From: Malacoraja senta
Taxonomy: Eukaryota
NCBI GenBank assembly: GCA_038087875.1
Contig: CM075988.1
Span: 15,500,001 to 15,564,000 of the forward strand
Direction: 5' to 3'
Length of the DNA stretch: 64,000 bases
In this document: positions 60,646 through 64,000 of the stretch, piece by piece
Position numbering within the stretch: the stretch's first letter is position 1
Layout of the letters: every line of letters starts with the position of its first letter
The notes under the pieces: generated by a model
The model's database searches: none
What the model was told of the DNA's origin: nothing
What the model saw: only the letters and a program-made list of their open reading frames with translations
Position numbers and translations under genes: made by a program

Positions 60646-61360
60646 GAGACATTGGAATTTCTCATGGTTCTGGAGTTTTACATGATCTTGTTTGATCTTT
60701 TGGCCCCTATTGCAGACATGGCAAAATAACAATCACAATGACCGTGAATAATTTCATCAGTGTGTTTTATTCCTTTTATAAAAAACTAAAAACTGGGAGG
60801 TGGAGATTGAAGACTGGATATGATATACTTAAAACACCCAAGCTCATGCTCATTCAGTTCTGATGATTTCAGAATTAAAGTAGTTTACTGTTTTACTTTC
60901 TACATAGATTGGATAACCACTTTGCAGAACCCCTTCATTCTTGCAAATTCTATGAATGTGGGAGTTTCCATGTTGTATCTCTAAACTAAAATTCTGTCCG
61001 CACCTTAACTGACACTCCCTGCTCTCTCCACAACTTAAAACATGTTTTCTCATTTTTCCCAGAACTGATCAAGGGTTTTTGACCAAAAAAAGCTAATCGG
61101 TGTCTCTCACCACAGATACTGCTTGACCCTAAATGCTTCCAGCATAGTTTTTGTTTTAAATTTCCAGAACTGGCCTAATTAATGAATAACCTCAACTCTC
61201 ACTTGAGGAAATTTGTTGTGTACAAATTGGGAATGCATTAGGCACCAATTACAAGGGTTTTTTAAAAACACCAATCAGAAAGTCAACAGATAGAATAATT
61301 TAAAAGTGTGAAGAATCCATGGATACAATCAGGAAGTTTGATCAGTTAGCATCTTAGTTT

Positions 61361-62016
61361 AGATAGCATGGAAACAGGCTCTTTGGCCCACGGAATCCAT
61401 GCCGACCATCGTTCACCCATTCATACTAAGTCTGTTATCCCACTTTCTACGCTCACAAGGGGCAATTTACCGTAGCCAACTAAAATACAAACCCGCATGT
61501 CTTTGGGATGTGGGAGGAATCTGGAGCACCCAGAGCAAACCCACGCTGTCACACGGAAACTATGCAAACTCCACACACACAGCATCCCAGATCAGGATCG
61601 AATAAGATTGTTAAGGGCTTGGACACGCTAGAGGCAGGAAACATGTTCCCGATGTTGGGGGAGTCCAGAACCAGGGGCCACAGTTTAAGAATAAGGAGTA
61701 AGCCATTTAGAACGGAGATGAGGAAACATTTTTTCTCACAGAGAGTGGTGAGTCTGTGGAATTCTCTGCCTCAGAGGGCGGTGGAGGCATGTTCTCTGGA
61801 TGCTTTCAAGAGAGAGCTAGATAGGGCTCTCAAAAATAGCAGAGTCAGGGGATATGGGGAGAAGGCAGGAACGGGGTACTGATTGGGGATGATCAGCCAT
61901 GATCACATTGAATGGCGGTGCTGGCTCGAAGGGTCGCATGGCCTACTCCTGCACCTATTGTCTATTGAACCCGAGTTGTGAGGTAGCAGCTCTACCAGCT
62001 GCACCATTGTGCTGCC
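61361..62016 (-). mobile_element. HE1-type SINE split by HER1
   Basis: Body 61361-61601, head 61967-62016. Confidence 0.75.
61602..61966 (+). mobile_element. HER1/CR1 3' fragment inserted in an HE1-type SINE
   Basis: Near-identical to 1512-1860. Confidence 0.9.
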
Positions 62017-62902
62017 CAAAGTTGGTACAAAAATATTTACAAAGTGCTGGCTCCAAGGCTTATTAAGAAGTATATATTGGCAATTGCCAACCCTATGTTT
62101 TACTTTTTTTTTAATGAATAAGATGAGGTGGTTCAAATTAAACAATTTAAAAATGAAATCAATGATTTTTGAAAAAAGAGCTGGACAAGTTTGAAAGTGA
62201 CTGAAATCTTCTATACATAAAGGTCGATGGTTTGTTGGAATATGTTGCCCTGTAAGTCACCACCTGTACTCGCCTTAAATGAGAATCTTTCCCATCTGGT
62301 CTGATCTTTTGCCTCTTTGTAGAGATCAATAGTTATGAGCGATAAGAGGTATTCAAAGATTATATTATACTAAAATGAAACCGATTCGAAGGATCAGGTC
62401 AGACTAACATGTCTAATTGGGCAAATGAAACAGATGCCCTTATCATTCAAACTTCAAGCATATTTAATTCAAGTAGAGGTCCCTCTTTTCCAGTTCTTAA
62501 AATTGGATTTATTTATTTTTCTTCCTCTGAAATAGAACAATCTGGAATGTTCATATTATGCCCAATAATGATCATTATAGGGAAAGAGCCTCAAATGCCA
62601 ACATGAAACAAATTACAGAAATTCAGTCTTCATGACAAGATTCCAAAGGACTACAGCCTTTTCAATACCAACCATCCCCTTTTCTCAATTACAAAACAGA
62701 ATAATATGACCAAGTCTAAGCCATTAATTTTCATACATCTTTTACCTAGTGGACCAGACAGAAGTCACCCTTCCATACAGACTGGAAATTCAGTCGAGTC
62801 TCTTTTAACACCTTCCATTGGTAATTTTGATCATTAACGCATTTTATTTAGATTTGGTTTTGCCAGCTGGTCAGGAGAAAAGCTACAGGTATATATTAAA
62901 TC

Positions 62903-62924
62903 TTTATTAAATATGATATTTATT
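62903..62924 (-). terminator. Candidate ZPR1 polyA signals (two AATAAA)
   Basis: tttatt at 62903-62908 and 62919-62924, about 0.8 kb past the stop. Confidence 0.4.
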
Positions 62925-63720
62925 AAATCCCTTGTGACTGAATTTTACAATTTCAAAGGGTATGAAAAGTTACAACAAAACTAGGAACATGGGGAACATT
63001 TATTAGTGGAAATAGGAACAAATTGTTTCAAACTGACAGCAAAATGTAAAGATGCTGCATGATTCAAGTATGCAGCATCTTATTGTTTTGGTTTCAGACT
63101 ATCCCAACATCTGCAATTTTTCCACTTTGTGTATATATGTACTTGGGATTTTTCACACATTTAAATAGGCAGAGTCATTTTATGCATTATAGTCTACAAA
63201 GCCAATTAGCAAATAATGTGGATACCACCTTTCAGCCACGTCTTTAAGATATGGAGGAAACCCTGCCCATTTTGAAATATAAAGTTTGAATAAGGTTATT
63301 CAAGATTAAGTCTGTGAAATAGTTCTTGGAAATCAAATTGCATAAAGTCTCCCAGCAGAATTATGCAGGATGGTTTCATTTCGGAAGCAGCGAGTAGGTC
63401 ATTGCCCGAAGGTTCCCCTCCTTTCACCCTGATCAGGAAATATACAGAGACCTTCTCCCCAAACAGGAGAGGAATGGAGCAGGAAAGATGATTGGGTACA
63501 TGTCCCAAAAAAAACCTTCTTCCATCACACATCACGCAAATGTTCAGGAACTTTGGTTTGTATCTTGTTTGAACATGTTCAGATTCATGTCATGTTCCTC
63601 TATAAATAATCCAATGTCTTGTCCTTTACTTAAATAGGGTTCCTTTGACAAGAACACATTGTCTCTTCCACTTCAACCTGCTCTCAATCCAAATTGTTCC
63701 TGCACTATTTATGCAATCTG

Positions 63721-63837
63721 TTACTGCTGATAATTTTCAGTTTTCATGTCATTCAAACCAAGTGCCTCATTATGTTCAAAGGTGCGCTCATATTTCTCAA
63801 TCTTCATTTCTGGATCAGGATCTGGGGCATACAAATT
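63721..63837 (-). CDS. ZPR1: ZPR1 zinc finger protein, last coding exon (rest of the gene lies beyond the window)
   Basis: Acceptor ttttttccctctgcag then [38 protein letters not shown], matching the ZPR1 C-terminus (human [36 protein letters not shown]); ZPR1 is the known neighbour of BUD13. Confidence 0.93.
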   Translation of the reverse strand, partial: NLYAPDPDPEMKIEKYERTFEHNEALGLNDMKTENYQQ

Positions 63838-64000
63838 CTGCAGAGGGAAAAAAACATTCAACATTAGTAATGACAGGAGAAAAAACAATTAGGTGGATAA
63901 TTTTCTGCAGGTCCTATAATTCTCTACACTGCAAAATCTTCTTCTAGAAGATTCAGCCTTTTTACATCTAGCAGTTCAAGTTGTTACTGCAAAAGACCCA

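Overview
Eukaryotic, intron-rich and repeat-rich DNA, almost certainly from a cartilaginous fish (skate/ray-like, judged from HER1/CR1 LINEs, HE1-type SINEs and abundant Penelope-type palindromic repeats). Reading splice sites and phases by hand gives four host genes: (1) a complete CD3 gamma/delta-type T-cell receptor chain on the minus strand (6 coding exons, 6421-20073, 166 aa, including a 21-nt microexon); (2) a 10-exon SAXO/FAM154-like Mn-repeat ciliary microtubule protein on the plus strand (24060-44406, about 458 aa) with an RFX X-box upstream; (3) complete BUD13 on the minus strand (11 exons, 45358-60513, 527 aa); (4) the last coding exon of ZPR1 (63721-63837). Nested in sense orientation in intron 1 of the CD3 gene is a piggyBac (PGBD4-like) transposase. 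It has an intact DDD triad, no visible TIRs, a candidate non-coding exon, splice acceptor and polyA signal of its own, and one in-frame TAG in front of an otherwise intact cysteine-rich domain. This is the strongest candidate for an undescribed system: a domesticated or exon-trapping transposase inside a T-cell gene. Second is a family of more than 20 short palindromic elements, several with 10-17 bp TSDs, carrying a hammerhead-ribozyme-like core. Most short ORFs in the supplied track are repeat-derived noise. All gene models are manual and unverified by expression data.
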